In this document: positions 51,827 to 63,612 of the stretch, piece after piece
Numbering within the stretch: position 1 is the first letter of the stretch
Layout of the letters: each line of letters starts with the position of its first letter
Source: Mytilus trossulus
Lineage: Eukaryota
DNA length: 64,000 nt
NCBI RefSeq assembly: GCF_036588685.1
Contig: NC_086385.1
Span: 32,821,216 to 32,885,215, forward strand
Direction: 5' to 3'
The notes under the pieces: generated by a model
The model's database searches: none
Seen by the model: only the letters and a program-made list of their open reading frames with translations
Told to the model about the DNA's origin: nothing
Translations under genes and position numbers: made by a program

Positions 51827-54800
51827 GCGATGTTGTCATCGAAATAATTTCTCAAGAAAAGGAGTACATAATAATTAATTACAATTTCATACTGACGAAT
51901 TACTTTCTTCATTTTTTAAATTCAAAATATTCTTGAGAAATTAAATCATTCCGTTTCTATTATTAATCATTGATTCACCTGCATGTGTACGTCAATTATT
52001 TCCTTAAGTTTAACCATTCTTCTCTATTATTCATTTATTGATGTTTAGCGACCCTTATTTCCTATTCCTTCTTAATGCCTATTTTTTTTTTCTCTTTTTC
52101 TCTTATTTTTTGGTTCATTTTTCTGCAATATTTGCTTATTATTCTCTATACTGTAAACCCATCTGGACCCTCTAATTTACCTTTCATGTATAAAACTTTA
52201 TATGTGACTACACGTACATATATACCTTGTTTTGTTTTTGTTTTGGTATACAAAATTTCTGACGTTAGAATACATTTGCATAGTAATTTCACAATCCAAT
52301 CGAACCACAGTGCATTGTGGTTTACATGAGTTTACTTTCACTTTAGAACACGAAGGATTCTGGCTGAATGTTTTGAATTGTTTGACAGAATGACATTTTT
52401 GACTTTGTCGGTCATCTACTATAATATATATAATACATGTCTTGAAAATGTACATCTACAGCCTACTCTTCACTGTCCCAGGTTAGGGGGAGGGTTGGGA
52501 TCCCGCTGACATTTTTAACCCTGCCACATTATTTATGTATGTGGCTGTCCCAAGTCAGGAGCCTGTAATTCAGTGGTTGTCGTTTGTTTATGTGTTAATA
52601 TTTGTTTTTTTTTATCATTTTGTTTTTTTACATAAATGAGGCCGTTAGTTTTCTCGTTTGAATTGTTTTACATTGTCTTATCAGGGCCTTTTATAGCTGA
52701 CTATGCGGTATTGGCTTTGCTCATTGTTGAAGGCCGTACGGTGACCTATAGTTGTTAATGTTTGTGTCATTTTGGTCTTTTGTGGATAGTTATCTCATTG
52801 GCAATCATACCACATCTTCTATTTTATATCTCCAATTTGCACGATACGAATTACTGGTTTCGACTTTTTTAAAGACCTGTCAAAGTAAGATAAACCAAGT
52901 TTTATCTAATATCATGCTCTGTACCTTTGCATTTACTGCACGTGATATTATTTAGTATAAAAAAAAGATGTTGAATAATAATACTACAATTTCGATTAAT
53001 TATAGGCCACCATACGGCCTTCAACAATGATGCAAAAACATTTACTGTATAGAATAGAGAATGGAAATGGGGAATGTGTCAAAGAGACTACAACCCAACT
53101 AGAAAGCAGAAATCAGCACAAAACCACTTATGTGTCTTCAGCGTGAAAATATTACACCGGAGTCATGCTTTATAACTGGTCCATTAACAAAAAAGCGTAA
53201 TAGTTCAGTGGTAATGTACGTCCCACTAAACTCCAAAACATATAAATGAACTATAAGTAAAAAACTTAATGTCAGAGGCTCCTGACTACAAATAGGCGCA
53301 AAAATGCAACGTATAATCACCAATAAAAGGCCCCGATATGAAAAATGTGAATCTACAAACGAGAAAAATCAACGGCTTAATCTATGACAAAATAATTTAC
53401 AAAAACAAATATGGCAGGCATGAACCAACGAAAACAATTTAACTACATGATCCTGACTTGGGAGGCACACGCAGAATGTGGCAGGGTTAAACAGGTTTGA
53501 ATGCACACAACACATCGTAATGGAAAACTATGTCTGCATTTTATGTCAAATTTCATCCTAGCCCTCCCCTTCCCCCACTCCATAATAATCAAATGGTTGT
53601 TCCTTTAAGAGCCAATGAAAGGGCTTTGTACGGGTTCAGCACGATGCATGACGTACACACTCCCCAGTACACGCTTCATTTCGACTAGCTGTGGTTACGT
53701 ATTTATATATCCCGTACAGAGACAAACTGCGACAATATTTATTTAGGTAAAACAGCCGGGTTGTAGGAGATACAACTTTTGTTTACACACCAACCTTTAT
53801 AAATCAAAAGAAATAGCGGGGAAAAAAGCTCTGTGCGATGTACATACAATAAATTCAGGGGCGGATCCAGTCATTTTCAAAAGGTGTGTGGTGTGGGGGT
53901 TGCGGGATGGGTGGGGTGGTACCAACCGTATGTCCCTATGCATTCAACTGCATTGGTTGTCCATAAAAAATAGGGTTACAACCCCCGAAACCTCCCCCTT
54001 CCTTTATCCGACACTGAAATGAAATTGATTTTGAGAAATTTTATATCTTTTGCAAACGGTTTTGGAATATGTTTTTTGTCGAGCCTTCGACTTTTGTCGA
54101 AAAAGCGACACTAAGCGATCCTACATTCCGACGTCGTCGGTGTCGTCGTCGTCGGTGGCGTCCACAAATATTCACTCTGTGGTTAAAGTTTTTCAAATTT
54201 TAATAACTTTCTTAAACTATACTGGATTACTTCCAAACGTGGACAGAAGCTTGTTTATGATCACAAGATAGTATCCAGAAGTAAAAGTAAAACTCATAAA
54301 TCTAAAACAAACTGAGAACGCCATGGCTAAAGATGAAATTTAAAAAACAAACAGAAAAACAATAGTACACATGACACAACATAGAAATCTAATTAAAAGA
54401 ATAAACAACACGAACTCCAACAAAAACTAGGGGTGCTCTTGACGTTTTCGCTAAGAATAAAGCACACAGCAAATAAATTACCCGAATGGCGATGTTGTCA
54501 TATAGAAATATTTTCTCAAGAAAAGGAGTACATAATAATTAATTACAATTTCATACTGCCGAATTACTTTCTTCATTTTTTAAATTCATTCTATTTTTGA
54601 GAAATCAAATTATTCCGCTTCTATTAATAACCATTGATTCACCTGTGTACGTCAATTACTTCCATAACGGAAATGTAACTTTCACCTTATTTGAGGGTCT
54701 TGACCGGGTTTCACTCAACTAATTTTCTTGGTCCATAATATAGTATTCCGTAAGATTTTACGCCATTCCCCCTATTCGTTTTAGAGTTTAACCATTATTC

Positions 54801-57028
54801 TCATTATAGATATTAAGCGACCTCTCATTCCCTATTCCTTTTTAATGCCTTTTTTTCTTCTCTTTTTCTCTTATTTTTGGTTCATTTTTCTGCAATGTTT
54901 GCTTATTGTTCTTTTTACTGTAAACCCCATCTGGACCCACTAATTTACCTTTCATGTATAAAACTTTATATGTGACTACACGTACATACATGTATATACC
55001 TTATTTTTATTTTTTTTGGTATACAAAATTTCTGACGTCAGAATACAATAGCATATTAATTTCACAATCCAATCGAACCACAGTGCATTGTGGTTTACAT
55101 AAGTTTTACTTTCACTTTAGAACACGATGCATTCTGGGTGAATGTTTTGAATTGTTCAGAATGACATGTTTGACTTTGTCGGTCATCTTCTATAATATAT
55201 ATAATAAATAAAATAAAATTGAGAATGGAAATGAGGAATGTGTCAAAGAGACAACAACCCGACAAAAGATAAAAACAACAGCAGAAGGTCACCAACAGGT
55301 CTTCGATGTAGCGAGAAATTCCCGCACCCGGAGGCTTGTACATCTATAGCATACTCTTCAATTTGCATGATACGAATTACAGTACTGGTTTCAACTTTTT
55401 AAAAACCTGTCAAAGTAAGATAAACCCAGTTTTATCTATTATTATGCTCTGTATCTTTGCATTTACTGCACTGATACTTTTAAGTATAAAAATAAAAAGA
55501 TGTTGAATAATAATACTACAATTTCAATTAAATATAGGCCCCCATACGGCCTTCAACAATGATGCTAAAACATTTACTGTATAGAATAGAGAATGGAAAT
55601 GGGGAATGTGTCAAAGAGACTACAACCCAACTACTAAGATAGCAGAAATCAGCACAAAACCACTTTTAAAATGTGTGTCTTCAGCGAGAAAATATTACAC
55701 CCGGAATCATGCTTTATAACTGGTCCATCAACAAAAATGAATAATAATGCATTGGTAATGTACGTCCCACTAAACTCCAAAACATATAAATGAACTAAAA
55801 TTTAAAAACTTGCAAAGGTCAGAGGTTCCTGACTTCGAATAGGCGCAAAAATGCCATGTATAGTCACAAATAAAAGGCCCCGATATGAAAAACGTGAATC
55901 AATATTTATTAAAACGAGAAAAACAAACGACTTAATTTATGACAAAAAAGTTTACCAAAACAAATATGACAGGCATGAACCAACGAAAACAACTTAACTA
56001 CATGATCCTGACTTGGGAGGCACACGCAGAATGTGACAGGGTTAAACAGGTTTGAATGCACACAACACATCGTACTGGAAAATCCTGTCTGCATTTTAAG
56101 TCAAATTTCATCCTAGTCCTCCCCTCCCCCACTCCATGATAACAATCAAGTGGTAGTTCCTTTAAGAACGTATAAAAGGGCTTTGTACGGGTTTAGCACG
56201 ATGCATGAAGTACACACTCCCTACACGTTTTATTTCGACTAGCTGTGGTTACGTATTTATATATCCCGTACAGAGACAAACTGCGACAATATTTACTTAG
56301 GTACAACAGCCGGGTTGTAGGAGATACAACTTTTGTTTACACACCAACCTTTATAAATCAAAAGAAATAGCGTGAAAAAAAGTTTTACGATGTATATGTA
56401 TGGGCGGATCCAGCCATTTTCAAAAGGTGTGTGGGAGTGGAGGAAGGGGAGGGTGGTACCAACCGTATTTCCCCATTTAACTGCATTGGTCGTCCAAAAA
56501 AACCTCCCCTTCCCTGATCCGAAACTGAAATGAAATTGATTTTGAGAAATTCATTATCTCTCGCAAAACGTTTTGGATTGGGTTTTTTTTACAAGTCGGA
56601 AAAATATTGTTTAATTACTTCCGCTTATTAAACTATATATAGTCAACCGGTTCGTCACCCTAATTGGTTTACGAGATTTGGACGAGATTTGGACAGCGGA
56701 GACTACTCTTACTTAAGTTATAATTCGTTAGTATTATTAAATGCAGTGCGGGGACTTTTTTTCTAATTCTAGCAGCGACTAAGCCACATGAGGATTGAAT
56801 TTCACTTAAAAATCACTCTTGTTGGTGTTAAGTGATTTAGATTCACTGCATGTTCACAGGGTGATTGCTGTTTATTGGAAGACATACGTTTACGACCCTG
56901 TCTTTGTTACCTATTCAAAAACACAGAGTGAATCGCCCACAATCACACCAGATTTCAGTTTGAATGTTATATGCATGCTGTTTGTCATGTTCTTGACGTT
57001 TTCGCTAAGAATAAAGCACACAGCAAAT
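51827..57028 (+). repeat. About 2.6-kb tandem segmental duplication (51827-54478 and 54487-57028)
   Basis: Collinear high similarity from gcgatgttgtcat to ttgacgttttcgctaagaataaagcacacagcaaata, with copy-specific repeat insertions. Confidence 0.9.
52470..52825 (-). repeat. Abundant Mytilus-type interspersed repeat family A (aagatgtggtatgattgccaatgagac); other copies 8826-8945, 10050-10295, 12550-12720, 14240-14325, 21885-22055, 22650-22765, 25865-26130
   Basis: Multiple homologous copies in both orientations within the window. Confidence 0.85.
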
Positions 57029-57545
57029 ATAACAAAATTTGAAAATAATTCGATGTTTACAATTTGCTTCGAAATCAGCATCTAGATGTGCATGTTATTG
57101 ACCATTTGTTTCAAATATGATCTTGAATTAAGGTACCTATACCATTTGATTATTATGGAGAAGAGCTATGATGATATTTGAAAAAAAGTTAGGAGTTTGA
57201 GTTACATGTAAAAAAAAATCCAGATGACAATTTATGTAAAAAAAGTAATGATAAAATAATAAAAAGGCAGGACCGAGTAGAGTTAAAAACAAAAAGGAAT
57301 GACATAGGTTACAAAAAAAATGCTGAACACATTATTTTTCATTCGAGCCCCCTCTAAAAAAACAAATAGTAGCACCATAAGTCAGTGGCCTATATTTCTT
57401 TCGCTAAGCGACTCTGGAGATTTGCATCAAAATACTTAAGAATTAAATTTGCACGCGTTTGGCGCGAAAAATATACTCCGACTTAGAAAAAATCATAAAC
57501 CCTTTAAAGTTAAATGGTTGCTCCCTAAACGAAAAATACGCACCG

Positions 57546-57954
57546 TCATGTGTTTTTTTTCTCTCATTGGAATAAAAAGTCAATTGACATATCAATTTCT
57601 TTATAATACAAAATATAATGCATATACATGCAGTTTCATATTAAAGTCACCGTGTAAAACGCAACATGTGGGGTGATGGATATGTTTGATACGAGGTGGC
57701 AGTTTTCCGAAGATGAGAAAAGGCGACTTATGTATAAAACTACAGTTTCCAATTTATTTTTTGAGATTTTTTAGCAACACATATTGGACTGCACGGAAGG
57801 AACCGAACCATAATCTATTCACAGCAAGCAAAACAAACATTTAAAGAGCTCCATTTTTTCAAAAAAACACCTCTCCCTAGTTTTGAGAAATATTCTGAAG
57901 CTTCAGGAAAAAACACTAAATCTTTTTCGGTTTTCCGTAGGATTTACTATCACT
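57546..57954 (-). pseudogene. Possible decayed copy of a paralog C-like terminal exon and 3'UTR
   Basis: 57546-57645 is a clear diverged copy of the paralog C 3'UTR (58386-58478). Upstream are an acceptor-like ttattttaatttccag (57955) and frameshifted QYVLLKNLK/KLETVVLYISRLFSSSENCH, weakly like helix D ...YNCH. Confidence 0.35.
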
Positions 57955-57969
57955 CTGGAAATTAAAATA

Positions 57970-58312
57970 AAATAATTTCTATCATAGAATTGAATCAAAT
58001 ACCAGCTTCTTAGTTAAAACGTATTGATTTAAAAGTATATTTTTCATCGAAAGGTAATGTGTCGCTCATTTGTCAGTCATTCCTTAAACCTAGTTTTTAT
58101 ATGCTTGTAATTCTGTCTATCTAATAAATCCTTGTTTTAATAAATGCCTCACCACCTTGAGCGACACATTACATTTCGATAAAACATGAATTTCACTTTT
58201 AAACCAATACATTTCACTTTTAAACCAATACATTTCACTTTAAACCAATACATTTCAATCTACATGTAAGAAGCTGGCATTTGTTTTAATTCTTTGGTAT
58301 GAAATCATTTTT
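57970..58312. mobile_element. Long-arm foldback/MITE with an internal 22-bp x3 repeat
   Basis: 57970-58070 is the imperfect reverse complement of 58158-58312. tttcacttttaaaccaataca occurs three times. Confidence 0.65.
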
Positions 58313-58499
58313 ATATAAATCAAACGGGAAAATATCGCAATAGTAATAATTGAAATATATGTGTAGTAAGCAAAAAAACACCCCCTCATGCGTTTTCTTT
58401 TTCAATTGAATATTAAGTTAACTGACATATCAATTTCTTTATATAAATAAATACAATAATTATACAGTTTCATATACAAGTGTTGTGTCACGAACCTAT

Positions 58500-58991
58500 C
58501 TATAACAGCGCAGATTTCATTGGATGACAATTATATAATAGCTCGTAATTATATCGCTCTCTATCTAATATTAGTTTAATTTTATACAACTTAATAAAAT
58601 CTTTTTGCCAACGACCACATCTATCTTTAGAACGGTATTTCATTTCGTCGTCTCTTTTATCCTCCACTTCATCTTTACTTTCATCTTCTGTATCAGAACT
58701 TGATGAGCTACTTTCACTTTCATCATCAAAACTATTTCTGGCATGATCGATTTCGTCGGAGATTTTAGTAGTGTAAGTTTCAGCAGAAATGCTTTCATTG
58801 ATAAATTTTCTTCTCGTATTTGATTGGTCGATAGCAATGTCAAGGTCTTGTAGAATGGAATTTACTTTTGGCAGCAGATCGTTAAATCTGGTTTCAACGT
58901 TTAGAAACTCGGTTTCGTTTTTGTAAACATTCATCAGAACACGTTTCGTTCTGGTAAACCGTTTGTGGGATCTTAAAAACCTTACATGAAG
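58500..58991 (-). CDS. Paralog C terminal exon (helices B-D with acidic CD-loop insert)
   Basis: tttttttgcag|CTT acceptor, 163 aa open. KVNSILQDLDIAIDQSN matches KLYDVLCHVQMAIVQSD; QKDFIKL matches SRDYIIV; D/E/S-rich insert between them. Confidence 0.85.
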   Translation of the reverse strand, partial: LHVRFLRSHKRFTRTKRVLMNVYKNETEFLNVETRFNDLLPKVNSILQDLDIAIDQSNTRRKFINESISAETYTTKISDEIDHARNSFDDESESSSSSSDTEDESKDEVEDKRDDEMKYRSKDRCGRWQKDFIKLYKIKLILDRERYNYELLYNCHPMKSALL

Positions 58992-59271
58992 CTGCAAAAA
59001 AATTAAAAACAAAATTAACAGATTCAAACAATCATGATAATTAATTATCTGTGATAATAATCCCATAGATGTAAATACCTTTATCTATGATAATACTGAA
59101 TAAAAATATAAATAAGAGTACTTCTAATAACATTGAAAATAAGAACTAGTATTTGTTTCGATCACTCTGTTTCCTATGAATTTAGATTTTATAAGTTTTG
59201 CATTAAATAGTATTTATTATGTTTTTTACGTTTTTAAATCTTCATTTAGCCGTAATAAATGTTCGTTTCGA

Positions 59272-59315
59272 GCGTCACTGATGAGTCCTAAGTAGACGAA
59301 ACGCGCGGCTGGCGC
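59272..59315 (+). ncRNA. Minimal type I hammerhead ribozyme motif, cleavage triplet mutated
   Basis: Stem I GCGTCA/TGGCGC, core CTGATGA (59278-59284), stem II GTC/GAC, GAAA (59298-59301), palindromic stem III CGCGCG. GUC is replaced by GGC (G59308). Confidence 0.75.
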
Positions 59316-59373
59316 AATTACAATTTTTAATCCTGGTATCTTTGAGGAGTTTGTTTCGAATATGACTTGATAC

Positions 59374-59481
59374 CTTTTTAAGTGCCTTCTGTACCCTGCT
59401 TTCATCAAGTTTCTTTACTCTGCATTTTACAGATGCTGATAGCATATGAATCATCCTACGACTCTGTAGTTTCTGTAAACC
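59374..59481 (-). CDS. Paralog C exon (AB loop)
   Basis: attttctag|GGT ... AAG|GTATCA, 108 nt, phase 0-0, open: GLQKLQSRRMIHMLSASVKCRVKKLDESRVQKALKK. Position and size match exon 3 of A and B. Confidence 0.7.
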
Positions 59482-60146
59482 CTAGAAAATATTTTTATTT
59501 TTTAGAATAATGAACATTTCAAATGAAAAATATTTTTCATACTTATTATGGCAGCAGATAAATAAATAAATAAATGTAAATGTTGAGATAAAACAGTTAA
59601 TCGATTGAATGAAGATTATTAAATATCTATCATTAACAAATGTTTCCCAAATAGGACAAAACTATTTCGTTCGATCTCATTCGCATTTAAATGTATTCTT
59701 TAGTTTTGCTTTGAAATCCTCACCGCGACATCGAGATGAGTAACTGATAACAAATTATTTCATACTCCTTCTGAATTCTTTCAATATCATTGTTGATAGT
59801 TGAACGTCCAGTTGCAAATATTTTATGGATATTCAGGAAAAAGGTATTTTTTCAATGTAGATATTCTGCATGATATATGTTAACCTGGACGGCGGACAAG
59901 AAATTTGGACAGGAATTTATGAAAAAAAACCGTCAAGTTTGATCGTCGCAACGTTAACAGACGTACAACCTAGATACACCAGTATTGTTTACAATGATAA
60001 GTAAAGAGACTATGGCTCTCACCTTACACATGCAGGGCATGTGAATTACATGTTCTTTTGACCGGACATGGCCGCGTATTCATACATGCAATACTGATGT
60101 ACACGTATATATATATTTATAATTATGAACATTTTATTCAACATAC

Positions 60147-60280
60147 AAAATTTCTTTGCACCTCGTCTATGTAATCTGAACCTTCTTGTAGTTTTATTTT
60201 CAATCCTCGAAGGATGTCAATTATTGGTGTCATAGGCGGGAAGTTTTCCATGCTCAGTTTCTGTTTTTGTCAAATATCAC
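60147..60280 (-). CDS. Paralog C exon (helix A); in-frame TGA at 60272-60270, ATG at 60251
   Basis: aatattccag|GT acceptor and TTT|GTATGT donor. Reading frame xDI*QKQKLS-MENFPPMTPIIDILRGLKIKLQEGSDYIDEVQRNF aligns with PPQPEIISDLIVRLREADDIATNLRIKY of paralog A. Confidence 0.75.
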
Positions 60281-60707
60281 CTGGAATATTAAAAATAGTT
60301 TGAAAAATACATCATATTGTTATGCGTTTACTTTTCTACATTGGCTAGAGGTATAGGGGGAGGGTAGAGATCTCACAAACATGTTTAACCCAAGTCAGGA
60401 GCCTGTGGTCTTTGTTTAATAGTCTTGTATTATTTTAATTTCAGTTTCTTGTGTGCGGGAATTTTCGCTACATTGAAGACTTATGGGTGGCCTTCGGTTG
60501 TTGTCTGCTCTATGGTAGGGTGGTTGCCGCTTTGAAACATTCATCATTTCCTTTCTCAATTTTATTTTTAAAAATACATCATACATTAAAGAGGGTCTAG
60601 TTCTTATAAATGGGGGTCGTGGTGGTGGAGGGGTTTAGGTGGTGATAATGGGGGTGTTTTTCATTTCTGCATTCTTTATTTATTTGAGCCATATTTCTTT
60701 CTCTTAA

Positions 60708-61666
60708 TGCGGGGTTCACACATTGCCGATTTTTGCTCCCGTTTGAGATCAGACAGCAATACGACACGAAAAGTGAAAAAGTCGGATTAGTATCCTCAAT
60801 TATCTGGAATGTCCTATCATTGTCTGAACGCATTCGTTTTAGTTCGTAACAGATTCCTACGGACCGGGACGGGTTCGATTAGTTCGGCAAAGCATCCCGA
60901 CAGTTAGGTGCGTCCCGTAACATTCTGGGCAATTCAGCCGATTTTGTCTAGTCGGATTACAATCGTGGCTATGTCGTGACAGATTCTGCTGTATCGGATC
61001 GAATTCCGACCAATGTCTTGTGTATTCTGGACGGTGTCCTGTGGAACGGGAATGATCCGGAGTAATTTTTCATAGCTGTTTTTCTGCCGATTGAGTCCAG
61101 ATTGCATTCAGATCTTGTCGATTGCGAACCGTTTTTTGCCGAAACCGTTCCGAAACAGTCCCGTTATTAATACGAAATTCGTCAATACAATACGACTGAG
61201 ACCAGACAAAGCCGTTTGCAATGCGATAGAGCGGACCGTGATAGGATTACATTCCGACAGTACCTGATCATCCCGAATATGCCGACAGTTTTCGAACGGA
61301 TAACTTCCGTCAGCGTCGGTTCACTGTCTGGTCATTGTCTGATCTCAGTCGGATTACATTCGGTAGAGTCGTGACGCAGTCGTGACAGACTCGGTCGACT
61401 TTTACCTGGCGAAAAATACGAATCGGATTAGAAGCGGATTCAGAACGGGATTATCGGGACTAATTCGTTTAGAAACTGTTGAATATCGGTGCTTCCTGAA
61501 AACTATCTGATTGTTGTCGTGATCAAATTATTTTTTTTATAAATTTTAATTTAAGTTTGAATTTCCATTCACGATTCACAAGATCTTGATCAGACTTTTA
61601 ATAAATTTTAATCGGGTAGGTCCTGTCAAGAACGGTAGTAAAAATCGTGAATGTGTGACCCCAGCT
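60708..61666. mobile_element. PIF/Harbinger-type non-autonomous element
   Basis: TIRs (T/A)GC(G/T)GGG(T/G)TCACACATT...CGATTTTT, TAA/TTA flanks, GC-richer interior. Confidence 0.75.
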
Positions 61667-62986
61667 TTACATTTTGTATACTGTTATCTATTCTATACAT
61701 TTAAGAATCAATTTAATATCTTTTGTTTTTTTCGGCCTATTTTTTCTATCTTTTTTTATCATTATTCTGAAGTATGATTAATTCAGACCCGAATTTACAT
61801 TTATCGAAGACTCACGTACAGTTTTAGAATAAGAATATATATATATATACTGTTAATGCGCAAGAAAATGCGTCGTCAGCCAAAGCAACGACATACAACA
61901 GTATCTCGGCTGTCGTAACTGATTTAAAAAAAATAATTACAAAAAATCTTGACATCTGTGAAGTGGAACATTTCGGGAAGAGTTTATTTTGAAAGTCAAA
62001 TGACATCCGAAATTTTTTCCTCATAAAAGTTTGAAATCGATAAATTTTAAACTAAAAAAGGGTGATATGCAGCATCAAAAGTGAACTATTTGCTACTGGA
62101 CACACGAGCTGGTCATGAAACTGATTGAACCGGCCATAATTATCGATACACAATCGCCAATCGCTTTAGCTGTCATCATCATTTTTAAAAAAGACTATAA
62201 ATGAAAATCTAATTAATTATCTTCCTTTCATGATAGATTGAACCAAAGTTATCTAATTGTTATCACAGAGAGGGACTAGCAAGCAATTTTTAATTGAAGC
62301 GTATTTAACGTTAAAACAATTTTTCCACTATAAACAAATGTTACTTTATACAAATACATGTATAAGGACTTTGTTACCTGAATCTACACATTTTATGAAT
62401 TTTTATTACAATAGATTAATATTATGCTATATCATACAGGTAGATATTAATTTAAATACAGAGAAACATTTATTTCCATATTAGAAGATAATAAATTTCA
62501 TAATGGAAGTTGATAATTTCCATATTGGAGGTTAATAATTTCTATATTGTAGGTATTAGTTTCCATATAAGAAGATAGTCATTTTTATATAGGGAGTTTA
62601 ATTTCGTCGATAATATTTTTGATAGTACACGGAAGATAACACCACTTGAAATAGCATCCTGCGACAGGAAGTTATTCAAGTCTCAATACTTTTGTTTAAG
62701 TGTAATTTTAAAATGAAAATCAGCTGTATTTTTAGAAAATCGAAAGCTACGTGCAAATATTTATTTCAATGTGAAGGTTTTCTATACTACTACTGCAAAC
62801 AAACAAAAAAAGAACACAAAAAAACCTCCTTCCTTAAAAAAATACATAAAAATACATTTTTTAGTAAGATTCTCCGTCATAAATTCGTCCGGATTTAAAG
62901 CATTTTTAATCTATCTACATGGCTACAAAAGATGCAATCATAATGTAATCTTTGTTTGCTTGCAGTAACTTATTATTGTCTGTGCT

Positions 62987-63612
62987 ATCCTGTACGAACT
63001 GTGACGCCCGTATATGACACGGAAACCAGGCGTAAAAATCATACTTTAACCTGGCGGCATTGCAGTGTTTACAAAATGCATATCCAGGCGTCAACCAGGC
63101 GTCAACCAGGCGTAAATTAGGCGTAACTAAGGCGTAAACCAGGCGTAAAATTAGGCGTAATATTTAAATTCACAATTTTCATTAATTTATTTGATTCAGT
63201 ATTTCCAATTTCAGATTCTTCCAAAAAGCACAAAACAAGCAAATTATCCCTGAATATATGTAGCTGACATGTGTCCAACTCTAGCAAACTAAAATCAAAG
63301 AGGCAAATTTTGAAAAAAAATCCCATGATCCTTTGCACAAAGCATTATGGGTATTTTTATTTACGCCATACCAGCAGTTTTACGCCCGTAAGAAAATTTA
63401 CGCCTTGCTTATTTCTATTTACGCCCGTAAGAAAACTTACGCCTTGCTTATTTCAATTTACGCCAGGTTAAGTTCTTTTTTCTACGCCCGTCAGGACTAC
63501 AAATTTACGTTTCCTGCTCCCTTACGCTTGGATCTAGACACGTAACTACCACTTACGCCTGGTTTACTCCTTATTTCCAGGCGTAATACGCCTTATAATT
63601 TCGTACGGGATA
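62987..63612. mobile_element. MITE with TCC(C/T)GTACGAA TIRs and inverted GGCGTAA/TTACGCC microrepeats
   Basis: tatcctgtacgaa ... ttcgtacgggata, with many ggcgtaaa copies on the left and tttacgcc copies on the right. Confidence 0.7.

Noticed and set aside
58300-58499. SECIS element for the paralog C TGA
   Set aside because: An AUGA is present, but I could not pair a proper SECIS stem with the GA quartet and apical AA. Not supported by eye.
59226-59408. 60-aa ORF MMKAGYRR...
   Set aside because: It is the wrong frame of the paralog C middle exon running into the ribozyme-bearing repeat.
61824-62024. Hydrophobic ORF as the paralog C signal-peptide exon
   Set aside because: The frame hits a stop before the GTGAGT donor and no phase-1 junction was found.
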